Shown here piece by piece: positions 13,221-26,260 of a DNA stretch of 64,000 nucleotides. The DNA is from Lama guanicoe. Taxonomy: Eukaryota. The notes beneath the pieces were generated by a model. It saw only the letters and a program-made list of their open reading frames with translations, was not told the DNA's origin and did no database searches. Positions within the stretch are counted from its first letter, which is position 1. Every line of letters begins with the position of its first letter. The stretch is from contig MU054187.1 of the NCBI GenBank assembly GCA_013239625.1, forward strand, positions 5,777,757-5,841,756. Reading direction: 5' to 3'. The position numbers were made by a program, and so were the translations under genes.

Positions 13221-14789
13221 AACTCCTTAAAACCCAATACACTGAAGGTATATGTCTTTCCATAGTCTTTGAAAGTGTGGCAAATTCGGTTCATTATGTA
13301 TTAACTGTTTCAGGTAAGCTGGCGGTAAGAATTATAGTAATAAGCTCTTTTTAGTAGTCAGAACCCATTTAAAGCATTTTTAATTGGATTTAAAACTTAG
13401 CGCTCTTTCATTCCTCTGTGAAACGCCACTGTCAGTTTCCACACTCCAACTTCATACACCTAACACATTGCCTAATAACCTAATTTTCAGGAACAATATT
13501 TTTTAAATCCAATTACAATATTAAAATATTAAAACTCGTAATAGAATGCACTTATCTGAAAACGGTAAAGAAAATCCACCTTAATCCGCACTGTGCCTGA
13601 AAAGGTGCTTGTCCGTGAACACAGCACACTCAGAGGCTTTCCAGTTTTGAATGCAATTATCTGGAGCAAAACTCAGGACCGTTTTATTAGAAATAGGAGA
13701 AGGAGCATATTGCAGAGGGAAAACAATGACAGTTGGTCCGAGGCCTAGCCGTTACAGACGTAGCCTTGCACAAACTGTTGAACACCTCTTGACCTGATTA
13801 CTCGGCTGAAAACAGATAGAACATCTACCTCTAAGGGATATTTTAATGATTAAATAAGATGTGGCCCGTTCCTGGCACGTGGATTGCCTTCATACACATT
13901 AACACTGTCCCCACAATTCCCTGAGAATTGCAGTAAGATGAATCCTTCAAGAACTCCGTGGCCATGAGATAATCCAAGAGATCTTCCAACAAGAGAAATA
14001 TCTTGTATCTTTGAATTATTAGGGAAGAGAGAGCTCTGGCAGGCTAAACAAACAAATGTATACACGGAGACACACGTAACAGAATTTTACCAAAAGCATT
14101 CCCATGGACAGGAGGGAACCTCCCCCCACCCCCCACAGCTGGGTAAGAACAGAGGAAAGCTGCCCTGAGCTTACAGACAAGAAGGCCTGCAAAGAGCTAC
14201 GCTCAGCCCTTGCTCACGAAGTACTTCCTTATTTATGTAAGTTTTGTTCTTAACTTTAAAATCGTAACAAATTAATCCAACTCACTTGTTGCTCAAGACA
14301 GCTGCACAGAGAACCATCCTTCAGCCAACCCACCACCACCCGCATCACTCCTCAGTGCTAACTGAGGGCGACCAGGCTTCCTAGAGATTCTTGTGCGACT
14401 TCGCTGCCAGCACAGGAGCAGGGCTATCGGGAACCAAATACCAGTCAACTTATTGTCAAGGACCTTGTAGAAAACTGGATTTTGACTTACTCCTGACGCG
14501 AGTCCAAGTTTCTTTTCAGTGCTGTGATAAGGTAAAGAATCAATTTCCTTGATTGAGCTTGTCCCAAAACAGCCCAGGTGAAAAAAAGGTCAACTAGGAA
14601 CAGGAAAGACATCAATGGGTGTGAACCAGAAAGAGCACAATTCAGATAGGAAACTTCACCTACATTCATAGGGCCATGCACGGCAATGCTGTCCAGCTTG
14701 CGCTGACAGAGGGGGAAAGCATTTCCAAAACAAGGCGATCACACATTGCACATACCCCTAAACGTCTCATCATCAAGGACGCAGTGCCT

Positions 14790-14919
14790 GGGTGGCGGGC
14801 AGAGCTCAGTGGTGGAGCGTGTGCTCAGCATGCACACAGTCCTGGGTTCCAGCCCCAGGGCCTCCATTAAAAAGTAATAATAAATAAATAAGAGCATAAT
14901 CAATCCCCCCCCCAAAAAA
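14790..14919 (+). mobile_element. tRNA-derived SINE (Vic-1/camelid type)
   Basis: agagctcagtggtggagcgtgtgctcagcatgcac..gtcctgggttccagccccag..cctccattaaaaa and aaat-rich tail. Confidence 0.85.
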
Positions 14920-15432
14920 ATGATTAAATGCTGGGCTTTCAAAAAAAAGAAGAACATGGGAAAAAAAAAAAAAAACAATGATGTGCTTTAAGCATCCAGA
15001 GGGCAGATACCAGGGAATGAGGACTCTGCTTGTGCCGGGTCTTGCCCGCCGCTGGGCCCGCCTCTCCAGGACTGGCTGGAGCCTCCCCTTTACGACACCC
15101 TTCACCCCTCCCACTCCCCGGTTTGTGCAGTCGTGGTCATCTAACTAGGACGTCTGCCCCACTACTCAAAGCCTTTATCATCTTGGCCATCCAAACCATT
15201 CGCCGAAAACCTACGAAAATTCAAATGATAGGAACAAAATGGCTGTTTTCTAAAAGTTTTTATTACAGATGGCACACGTGCTTTAGAGAGATGAAATACA
15301 TTAATGAACTAAACCCTACCTTCGTGTGTGGATGTACTCGCTGAGATGGGCCCCTTAGAAAAGCAGAAGCCTGCCTTGCTCTAAAGTAACACGGCTCAGA
15401 AGATAATGTTGCTATCTGGAACTATTGTAAGT

Positions 15433-15527
15433 GGGGAGGGTGTAGCTCAGTGGTAGAGTGCACGCATAGCACACACGAGGTCCTGGGTTCAATCCCCAGT
15501 ACCTTTGTTAAAAAAAAATGAATAAAA
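15433..15527 (+). mobile_element. tRNA-derived SINE (Vic-1/camelid type)
   Basis: ggggagggtgtagctcagtggtagagtgc...gaggtcctgggttcaatccccagtacc with A box, B box and A-rich tail. Confidence 0.9.
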
Positions 15528-15999
15528 TTATTACAGAGGTACACAGTTGTTTTACTACCTTTGCTTTTATATAACATGGTACCAGGTATTTTCAATTAAT
15601 TTGCTGTTAAGCCTTCAACAGGATAAAGAGTTTAATAAAAACATGTTTCTCTGGGAAAATGGGAAAACTTGATAGTTGGAAGTGAGGACCTCAGAGCACG
15701 TTTTCAGTAAGGCACCGTGACAGAGAGCCACATGAGGATGTAAGGACTGGACATACTGTACCAAGGTGGACATTCAGTGTATAATGGCAGCCCTTATGAA
15801 AATACAATGTTATAAAACTATAAATTAAAATGAAAAAAACATAATCACTGCAAAAAGTATTTACTGAGCACTTACTATATTTAGCTGAAACTAAAAGAGC
15901 TGGAAAATTTTCAGAATAATTCCAGAAGTATCTTGTGGAGCAGAAAGTCACTTTTTCAGATAAGCATCTAATTGGTTTAACCGGCTGTTCCTTCTCTCT

Positions 16000-16305
16000 G
16001 GAGACACAGCTGACTTAACACTCACCATCCATTCCCGGCCCCTTTCCCCTAGGCAAACAGAAACCCACCTGCATTTACACAGCAAGAGGCCAAGTGATCT
16101 GGGGAAGGCCAGATCCCTCCTCAGCTCCAGGGAGTGAATCTTGATTAAGCTAAAACAATTACACCCTTTTCTCTTCCCTTGAAATGACTATTTCAGGAAC
16201 TTGCATGCACAAATTCTAGCCAATGCTACACGAGGGAATTCTGCTGGAGGGCGGGGGGAGGGGAGTACTTCTGGGGAAACGTTTGCTGGTTCCGAAAAAG
16301 AGATT
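16000..16305 (+). mobile_element. ERVL LTR16-like, 5' part (continues ~17405-17700 after an L1 insertion)
   Basis: cctcagctccagggagtgaatcttgatt, ttctagccaatg, ttctggggaaa motifs; second part has ccattttacaaccatgag and ggacttctcg. Confidence 0.55.
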
Positions 16306-16489
16306 CAAACCCTGGTAAGCATGTAGGTTACTGCAACCACTTTGGTTAGCTGCCCAACAGTACCCACTGGAACTGAACTACGCCCATCCTGTAACTCAGG
16401 CTGCACGTCTAAGTACGTGTGCACCAGAAGGCTAGAACAGTCACAGAAGCTCTCTTCTAACAGATCAGATCTGAACGCAGCCCAAACTT

Positions 16490-17395
16490 CGATCAACGTT
16501 AGAAAAACTGTACCACGGAAAATTCACACAATGAAATACTATGCATGAAAACAAGCAAACCAAAAGTACACACCACAGTGTGGATGAATCTCTAAATGTA
16601 AAGCTGGAACAAAAAAGAGCTGGAAACAAAAGAACGCAGGAGCATGCAGCAGCATGCCTCCATGTACATAAAATCCCCAAACAGGCAAAACTCATCTATG
16701 GCCTCAAAAGGCAAGATCAGGATTAACCTTCAATCAAAATCAAAAATGCAAGCAGTAACAAGTGTTGGGCAGGATATGGAAAAACTGGAACCCTCATAAT
16801 ACACTGCCGGTGGGATCATTAAATGGTGTAGGCAGTTTGGAAAACAAATTAGCAATTTCCAAAATGTCAAACAAAGGTTTACCATATGACCCCGCAATTC
16901 CACACCTAGGTATATACCCAAGAGAAATGAAAACATACGTCCACACAAAAACTTGTATGCAAATGTTCATGACCACATTATTCATTAACAGCCAAAAAAT
17001 GGCGACAAACCAAGTGTCCATCAATTGGTGAACAGATAAACAAAATGTGGTATATCCATGAAATGGAATACTCTCCAGTAATCAAAAGTAATGAAGTATG
17101 GACACAGGTTACGACATGGATGAATAAACCTTGGGTGGAAGTATGTTCAGTGAAAGAAGGCAGTCAGAACAGACCGCATATTGCATGATTCCATTTATAT
17201 GAAATGTCCAAAATAGGAAAATCTACACACAGAAAGCAGATAAGTGGTTGCCTAGGCGAGAGGGGACAGGCAGTGACTGTTTCTTTTTGGGGTGATGATA
17301 GTGGCCTAAAATTAGAACATGGTGACTGCTGCAAAACGCCATACAAGCCATTGGCCTGTACTATTTAAATCGGTGAATTTTATAAATTATATCTC
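16490..17395 (+). mobile_element. Old L1M ORF2 C-terminus/3'UTR fragments
   Basis: aacaagtgttgggcaggatatggaaaaactggaaccctcata, ccatatgaccccgcaattccacacctaggtatatacccaagagaaatgaaaacata (PYDPAIPHLGIYP). Confidence 0.9.
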
Positions 17396-18194
17396 ACTAC
17401 CTGCAAGAGGATAAAGTTCCTCCTCTTACGACCTTGAACCATTAATTTGTGAGGATTTGATGCTTACAGGTGATACCATTTTACAACCATGAGAGAAAAA
17501 AAATCAAAGGAGAAAGAGCCAAAATGCTGAAATGGCTTGGCAGAAAAACAGAAAAAACCCGGCCTTTGGAAACATGGCTGAGCAGCTGGAACAACTCTGG
17601 AACCCTGGACCTGCTCTTCGGGACTTCTCGTAATTGGAGAGGTAAACTTCCTTATTTCTCAGCCATGTCTCCCATGTCTTCCCTGAAACCAAGGCACACC
17701 CTTAAAAGAACTGCAGGACGCTAAGCAAAAGCACTCCGTTGGTCACTTACATCAAATTTTCCAGATTACGCATAGCCTAAATAACTTAATAAACAAAATT
17801 GTCACTACAATCCAAATCTGGGCTTCTGATAGACAAAAATGTCATAGTTCTTAAAAATAAAGTTATACCGAAGAACAGACAAAAGTGGATTGAGTTTTTT
17901 GCTCTGATAGAGAGCTTTGCCCAGAAATATTCTAAGAGGCATTTTCATCATTTTATAAGACCCTGAAAAATAAAGACGTGAAGAATGTAAACCAATTATC
18001 AATGAGCATAAAACGAATCAGCTAAGGGGATTTTAGAAGTATAAATCGAATTCTAAATCTCTTCTACTCCCATTAATATTTCTGAATAATAAGCAGTAGA
18101 TTTCATTAGTTTATTGTTAAGGACCCGCACAGGCTTTCCTACTTTCCTATCTATGTCTTCGGCCCATTTTTGCAAACCTTCTCCTTATTAAAAA

Positions 18195-18428
18195 AAATTT
18201 TTCATTGAAGTGGAGTTGATTTACAATGTTAGTTTCAGGTGTACAGCAAAGTGGTTCAGTTACACATATGACTACAAATCTGTATTTTCTCTTCAGATTC
18301 TTTTCCATTTTATGTTATTATGATAAACTGAATATAGTTCCCTGTGCTCTACAGCAGGTCCTTGTTGTTTATCTATTTTATGCACAGTACTGTGTCTGTT
18401 AATCCCCAGCCCCTAATTTATCCCTCCT
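18195..18428 (-). mobile_element. 5'-truncated L1 3' end
   Basis: attgaagtggagttgatttacaatgttagtttcaggtgtacagcaaagtg...atatagttccctgtgct..cagcaggtccttgttg. Confidence 0.85.
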
Positions 18429-20190
18429 GGAGGGGCTTTTTCTTGATGTCTGTGCTCTGGGAGTTGCTACGTGGTGTTGTTGTCAGTTGCTGTTCCCGGA
18501 GTATCTCTTATTAAGGGGAACAGTATAGTTAAGTTTCAAGAATGGATTAATTATCGATGTGGATAAAGACAGCAGATGCTATTATTATAGCTACAATCGG
18601 AATAAATTAAACTAAGGGGGTAAAATAACCACTCCCTAGGGTCAGGAATATAACGGCCCCTGGTGAAGCACTGCATGACTAGGCTTACTCGGGACCATTA
18701 CACACTCCGGTGACACCCATAAGCGGCGGTGACCAAATGAAATGTTGCCACTGGTATCCCATGACATTAGATGAAGAAAAGACACCGTGAGTCCTGATAT
18801 TGACCCATTCACCCAGAGCCAGGTTGAAATGGATACATCAGTAAGGAAGATCAACACCAAAGTGGAGAGCTTCTTCTGAGTTCTGCCTAGAAAGCCCAGG
18901 CAAAGCACACATTACCCTGTGACGGTCAATAAATTCAGACTCTTTTAGACTAAAGAGATGGGATGAAAATCACAAAGCCGAAAAATTATTCTCCCTTGAG
19001 AACACAAAGCAACTCCAGCTAACGATAAATAAGCACTAAAATCTAGTCATCTTTAGTTTAATTCACTCTTGTGTCGTGTGGAGACAGATGAGCTCTAATT
19101 AAGACTCAATCACATAAGGTTTAGCAAAGCGCCAGTTTTCTCTCCCCGCTACCCGCAGCAAACGGCATCTTCACAACTTTTCAAAGGACCACGACCCCCA
19201 ACTCCTATTGTTCTTTCCCTAATTTGAAAGTGTGCTGGAATGGAAAGCATCATGGGTACCAGCAGGGTAAAGTGACACAAAATAGTATCATTTCTTAATC
19301 CCAGTTAATTAGCTTCTCCCATGGTCCCTCACTTTCTGACTCCTTTTTATTTTCCTATTAATTGTCCCACCACTATCTCAATTACTCAAGTTCCATTTCT
19401 CAGCATCATACTGGCCATTTTTAATCACTCACCAAGCCCAATCTCCAGGTCCTATGCTACGTCTTTCACAGCCACCTCTTCTTTTCCCACCCATGACATT
19501 TTTATCCAGCAAACTCCTACCCAGTCATTAACGCCTGGCCCCAAAATCCACCCTCTCCACAGTTTTCTCTGAGCCCGGCAGAAATCCACTACCCCATAAT
19601 ATGTGTCCCCCTTTATATTTCCTCCCTTACAGGTATTTTCACATATAACAGCCATTTGTAAAAGGCCACACCCTGTTGAAGAACCTGGATCACTTCTCAT
19701 TTATGGTCCTACGTCAGCACCAACCACAGTGGCAAACACACAGGGGCTGCTTCCTCCGGGCTTTGTGAACCGTTCTACACTGCCATGTAACCCTTCAACT
19801 GGTATCTCTTCCCAGGTTTCTGTCTTAATTCTCCCTCTTCCAACCAGACGATAGAATCATTAAAACAAACGGCGTCTTCTTACCTTCTGTATTTCCCACA
19901 GAGCTTGGCCTTAAATGCAGGCACTTAACAAACGCTGGCTAACTGAATGGTTTATACCCCTCCACCACCTTGCCTTCCGAACAGCCTCGAAATGTAGCAA
20001 TATCTTTCTTTTCACTTGCTCATGGGGAAAAACGGACTCTGGAGGAGGAAGAGCTATAAAATAGCCCGCTGAGCTCAGCTGAGGAACAGGTGGCAACACA
20101 TTACTATCACCTTTATCGCGCTGCGACCTGAGCCACCGGGCCAGCATAGTCAAGCTCTTTAATACAGACAAGCTCTAGATTAGAACATAG

Positions 20191-20540
20191 TGTGAATGAA
20201 GAACGTTGTCTGCCATATCAATAAACAAAGGACACTGCAGCCATCAAGCCACTGCAGCCGCCCCCAGCGGTGCCCCCTGAGGGGACTCAGGATGGGAAGG
20301 AACAGGACACCGGCCCTAGAGAGCTCAGGTGCAGATCAAAGGAAGGCCTGCAGTGAGCCCAGACTCTTGCACCTTCCCATCCACAGAAAAGCACTGAATT
20401 TCTTAACTTGAGACATCTGGTTTTCTTTAATTCACAGAAGTCTTCTGATGTTCCAACTACCTGGTCTTTGCTGCAAGAACTCCTATACATCCTGGTTCCC
20501 CTCTCACCTCTTTGGAGCAGTCAGTCCCTCAAAACGCTGA
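20191..20540 (+). mobile_element. Solo ERV LTR (ERV1-like)
   Basis: Starts TG (tgtgaatgaagaa); gccatcaagccactgcagccgccccc, ccctgaggggactcaggatg, ttcttaacttgagacatctggtttt resemble ungulate ERV LTRs; family unassigned. Confidence 0.6.
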
Positions 20541-21364
20541 CAAGCTGCCTCCCGGCCTTGACATCCTCAGAAAGACCACTGCAAAATTCTCAGCTTTTAA
20601 GTTGTGCGGTTTTTTTAGTCGACAGCAGCAAGACTGGGAACACAGTTAGAGCCTGTCAGGGCTGGTAGGTTAATTAGGAACAATGCCCACTGATAAAAAT
20701 CTGTAACATTTATTCTCTGTAACAAGGTGAGTAAGTGATATTTGTGTTTAAAAATTATGGCAAAATATTTCCAATGTCGTACAACCTGAATTCGGAATAG
20801 GATTCATGATTTAAGCCCTGGTCCCAGGTCACAAGTTTTGAAAAGTGAAACAGTCATAAACTGCCCTTAGTTGTGTCTTTGGATTAAGGAACTGGTCCAA
20901 GCTGAGATGGTGAAATGGGCAAAAAAACCACCCAAGTAAATTAGAAAGAAAAAAATCCTCCACATGCTTCAAAATGCTTGCTCACTCCAAGCCCCAGACC
21001 CTTCCAAAAAACGGAACAGTGTGTGACTATCTTAGGTGAAACGGAGCTGCAAGCTGCAAAAGGGACGTGGTCCCAGACAGCTGAATGAACAAGCCTGCAG
21101 TGAAAGGAAGCAGGACTCCCCTCGCTGATCCCACGTGGCTGGGTTCCTGTGTCAAGCGCTGCACGATTTTAAAGGCTCCGTGGGAGAACTTGGAAGAGTT
21201 AGTCTTATTAACAGGAAATGCCTCTTCCCTGTTCCTTGTTCCCATAAAGAGGGATTTTCCCTAAACAAAGCTGGCCTTCCTCTCCACTCCTTCAACTAAC
21301 TCCTCTCTCCTTTTTATTCCTCTTTTGAAATTTAAGCTACCCCCAGAGAGCAGGCTAATGCGCC

Positions 21365-21475
21365 CAACCAGGAAGAGACCCCTCTCCACCAACCCTCCCC
21401 CTCCCCCCCCCCCGCCCCCCCCCCCCCCCCCCCACAACCAGGAAGAGACCCCTCTCCACCAACCCTCCCCCTCCC
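21365..21475. repeat. 41-bp direct duplication separated by poly-C
   Basis: caaccaggaagagacccctctccaccaaccctccccctccc at 21365-21405 and 21435-21475. Confidence 0.9.
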
Positions 21476-22827
21476 ACCACCTCGGCACCCCCGACCCCGA
21501 CCCCCTGCCTATAACCGAGCGGGCCGACCCTTTCTCCTCTCACACTAAGCTCTGTCTCCAGTGTCCTTTCTCCACAATGTTCTCCTTTATCTGGTAACTC
21601 AAATGATGCCAATTTCCTATTTGTTCAGAGCTCAGGCTGCAGAGAAGCGATCTCTTCATGGGCTCTCCTCAGAGAACTTGATTTGCACACCCACCAAGGA
21701 ATATTCATGGGAACTACACTAACTCCGAAGCCAAATAAATTGGTTCCGCGGAATAAACTCTCTCATCCAGAGCTCTAAGTGATTCATGAAGCTGGGCTTA
21801 GAGAATGTACTTGTCTTAGGGTTTCCAAGTGAAAACATTAATTGATTAAACCAAAAAAAAAGTCCGTCTTTCATTTGTCAGATCTTACAACTACAGATGT
21901 CTTCCTTCTATACTTAATGTTTATATTCAACAGTTTAAAATCTGACTTTCTTTTTTCCTACTAAATTCAAAGCTTCTAAAAAAAATACAAAACAACTGTA
22001 TTGTCCCAAGTTACAATCTTTGCCTTCAATACAGCTAACGATGGCCCTTAAAATGCTTCATGAAAACACTTTAAGTGAATACCAGATTTTGTAAATAATA
22101 ACAATATTTTCTACCACTGTACTTAGTGAATGGTGCTGCTAATATTATGCTGTTAATTTTTCAGCTTCTCTCTATGTTGCATAAGGGCAGGTACAACTGC
22201 ATTATCCTTACGTCCTAATGAAGGAATTGAGGTTAAACAACCACACAGAAATCGGACAGGAGATACCCCGGGAAACAGAACCAGAATGTAGCCCTGCCCG
22301 ACTGATAACCTACATCACCAGGGCGGGCTGCCGCCCAGGGAACCACAGCACCAAAAAGTCAGGTTTCCCACAGGATTCATGGCACATTGTTCTAGGATTC
22401 CACGGTGAGTTTTGGTTGTGTGTAGCCCTAAGAAGCTAAACGAAAAAAATGTGTTCAAGCACAGCAAAGCAGTGGCCAGGGCAAAATTATCTCACTAACG
22501 TCACTGTGCCACTTTAACCCATCACTCTTAAATCTGAAAAAAAAAAAAAAAAAGAACCAGAAATATGTATATCATTTTTATACTTGCAAGTATCTTATGA
22601 AGTTAAAAATCTCTTAACATCCTTCTATTCAGTTAGAAGTTTTATAGCACTGTTAGTCAGTTATCTCACACAGGAAATATTTACTGGATCTTTACTACAG
22701 AATAAGCTGATGATCTAAATTCTACTACAACCGCATGCAGAGCAATTATAAAGAGATGTGTCAGGAAAAATGACCAGGAAATGTCACATTGACTAGACTT
22801 GTAGAAGATAACGTGCTCACCTAAAGG

Positions 22828-23319
22828 AGGGGTCCCAGAAGGAGAAGAGAGAGAGAAAGGGCCTGAGGAAATACTTGAAGAGATAATAGCTGAAAACTTC
22901 CCTAACTTGGGAAAGGAAACAGTCACCCAAGTCCATGAAGCAGAGAGTCCCTTACAAGATTAATCCTAAGACAAACACACCTAAACATATTATCATTAAA
23001 ATGACAAAAATTAAAGATAAAGAGAGACTATCAAAAGCAACAAGAGGAAAGTGGCAAATAACATACAAGGGAACTCCCATAAGACCATCCACTGATGCTT
23101 CAGCAGAAACTCTGCAGACCAGAAGGGAGGGGCATACCTTTAAAGTGACAAAAAGGAAAAACCTACAACCCAGAACACTCTACCCAGCAAGGCTCTTGAT
23201 CAAATTTGATGAAGAAATCAAAAGCTTTACAGACAGGCCAAAGCTAAAAGAATCCAGTCCAACCAAACCAGCTTTACAACAAATGCTAAAGGAATTTCTC
23301 TACACAGAAAAGGCCACAA
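22828..23319 (+). mobile_element. L1 ORF1 C-terminal fragment
   Basis: Translates GVPEGEERE..IIAENFPNLGKE and RVPYKINPKTNTPKHIIIKMTKIKDKER..ITYKGTPIR..QPRTLYPARL..EIKSFTD..KPALQQMLK, i.e. L1 ORF1p RRM/CTD. Confidence 0.95.
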
Positions 23320-26260
23320 TTAAAGGAAGGGATAGAGGTTATAAAGGAAAAAAAAAAGACTTCAAACTTTTTCCTCTATTTACATTCTCTGCATTGCCTA
23401 TTTGCAGAAACAAACAAACAAAAATTTCTGGTTTCCCTTCAGGGTATTTTCACAAAGGGAAGGATGGATGGAAAACAGTGAAAGATGACCATTTGGTTAC
23501 AAACTACATATTTAAATCAGTCTATTTTTTTATTGGAAAAGGAGATGTATTTTACTGTAGAATCCAAACCGGTTAGAACCCAATGTAAAATATTTTCCAA
23601 ATGCAGCAAATCTATAACCACCTATAAATTAATTATACATCAGATTCACTGATAGGGACTAATTTTTCATTTTGCACAAGTTTGCCTTACACAGTAAAAT
23701 CAGCTATAACCTACATGCTTCTTTCAGCTATTTTGCCAAGAAACCTCTCGTACACCTTTAGACAACGACAATGAATAATGTACTATAAGAAATACAAACA
23801 TAAAATTGAAGGTAGGTTCAAAGTGACTACTCAAAGGTCAAGTTGGCTTCATACAATTCTACTTCTAAGTGGAAACCGCGGATTGCCACATCGTGTGGTA
23901 CAGCTCAAAGAACATTTCTGTTTGTTCAACACTGTAATTTATTTTCTGTTTAGTAAGCTGTGAGGTTTCTGCACTAAATACATTTTAGTAAGTGAAAAAA
24001 TAAATAAATATACCGAATCAAAGCAGGAGCTGTGATTTTCATGGAATAAAAATGCAAGCGTGCGTGAGAATCCAGGGAACAGAAAAGTCATTCTTATTTT
24101 TCTTTACCCAGATGTGAGAGAGAGTTTCTGCACTTATGACCACTGAAGGGGCCACAGCCCAAGGTTCTAATGCCTTCAGGTGCTTACCCACAAGGCATAA
24201 TCTGCTAGTCCTGTAGAAGACTCCGGGATACCAAATGATAAGAATCCTTATATTTAGATTCCTTTTTCTGGTCAAAATGATAAAGCTTCCCCGAAAAGTG
24301 ACCACTCAGATTTGAGGTTCTTTCTTTTAGTGTCAGTCTTAGCTCCTTTTCATGGTGAAAGTCCCTTTTTTTTCCCATGAGGCAACCCCAATCCAAAGTA
24401 TTACCTACTGCTGCAAATAAAATCTCAAACTGGAGCTGACTTTCCTAGTAAGAACTGGCTTTGGAAGGTGAAAAAGCAGCACTCCACAGAGCAGAAGTCA
24501 GCTGACAGGCCTCGTGTGCCCTCTGCCATGTCCTAAGTGGGGCCCCTGAACTCGCTGCTTCCTCTCCAGAGCCTGGTGAGCACTCGGCAGGGTGGCTGGG
24601 ACCACACGGTCCATTCAATCCACCCCCGGTCTTGTGTCCCAGGTGGTCCTTGACGGCAGCTCAGGATGGGGGATGGTGGCAAGCTATCCACCTGTCTCCG
24701 CGTTAGCCATCTCATTGCCTCCTGGGCTATTCCACGTGGAGTCCCCCTCTCCTCTCAGCACCGGGTCAGCCCTCTCCTCCTTCAAACCTAGCTCAGTGTT
24801 CACAGCCTCCACTAAAACAAAACAAAACACACAAACAAACCAAAAGCACCTGGCCCACAGGCATCTCCCTGTAACTCCGCACACCCACAGCACTTACGCA
24901 CTGTACAGGATACAGCGCTAAACAAACGTCAGACGACTGAAAGGAGGATTTTCTCTAGGACTGGATCAGAGATAACCCGGGATAACAAAGAATTTAAATA
25001 CCATTCATCGCCTATTTTGGAAAAATTGAGGCTGTAATTCCATTATCCGAAATATAACTATTTCTGCAGAAATAAAGCCTCACTACTAGAATTTAATCTC
25101 CACTCAGCACAAACCATTACCTGTGCTTCCTGGACCGGTGCAGTCAAAACTTCACCAAGTAGCAGGACCAGTCTGAACATGTGGTCCAGAAGCTCTACGC
25201 AGCTTCAGAGCAACGAGCACACATCAGCGACGCACCTCATCTGATGAAACTTCCTGAGGCTGTAAGTTCCATGTCACAAGCAAAGCCACGGAGTCCCCAT
25301 GCAGAAGCTGCTGTCTATCCAACCACTCCCACGCCTCCTTAAATGTCTGATGACCAGAGCATGTCTCTGAGGATCGGTTGAGAGGAAGCAGCTTCTCAAA
25401 TCAGAGGGCGGGGCTGAGGCTCCGACAGTCGGGGCCCTCCTGCCCCTCCTCCGCCCTCCAGCCCTCCAGCAGTTCCGTCATTTTGGATTGTTTCGTGTCC
25501 TCTCTCCTCTTCGATATGTTCTGCTGTGAACTCTTCCTTCTCACGTTGGGTGGGAACAGGGCAGCAGCCGGAGCTGACACAGAGACAGGGCAGAACTGTT
25601 TGCAGGCACAGCGAGTGAGTGGATGTCAGCAGGCACTGAGAAAAGAGCCCCTTGAAGGTAACATCTGAAGGCCCAGCCTTGCCCATCAAGACCTTAAGGA
25701 AGCTGCCTTCTCTTCCTGTCTCACCATCACAGACCTCATATACTCTTTCACGAACTGCAATTGTGTTTTTATTCCCCTCCATCCTTAAAACAATCCATAC
25801 TTCACTTTTCAGACTTGAGGGTTTTTTTCATGCAGGGATATTTTGAGCTTTCAAAAGAAATCTGTTAATTAGTTTTAAAGTAACATTGAGACATACTTTC
25901 TCCAATGTCATTCTGTCGAGTACGTGCATCATTTATAAAAATTATAGAGTCGTGAGTTCCAGGCAATGATGCAGCTCTGGATGTGGTATCTGGCCCTGAA
26001 CAATTCCATACTCAAGTCTGTGTAGTTGGAAATGATGGAGAAGAAAGACTGGCATTTCGGCAGCCCCCAAAATATACTGTTACCTGCCTCTGATGGACTG
26101 TTTCCTGGAGAGAAATGCAGGTTCTCATAGAAAGAAATATGAACAAGGCCTGGACCAACATAGACATCCTCTCAATTTCACTAACACGGGTTGTCCCTGA
26201 TGCACCCAGCACCAGACTAAACACTGGGTGTCATGAGCAGAGGGAGATGTTTGCTCCAGG

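Noticed and set aside
15433..15505. tRNA-Ala-like sequence as a tRNA gene
   Set aside because: Degenerate stems, A-rich tail and multiple dispersed diverged copies show it is a SINE
18495..18525. Reverse-strand ttccccttaataagagatac resembling the mitochondrial D-loop central block (NUMT)
   Set aside because: Similarity is under ~20 bp and flanks do not continue it
22935..23576. 213-aa ORF as a host gene
   Set aside because: L1 ORF1 fragment reading through into flanking DNA
24750..24770. REST/RE1-like TCAGCACCGGGTCAG (also half-sites at ~19714 and ~59002)
   Set aside because: Right half GGACAG missing or mis-spaced
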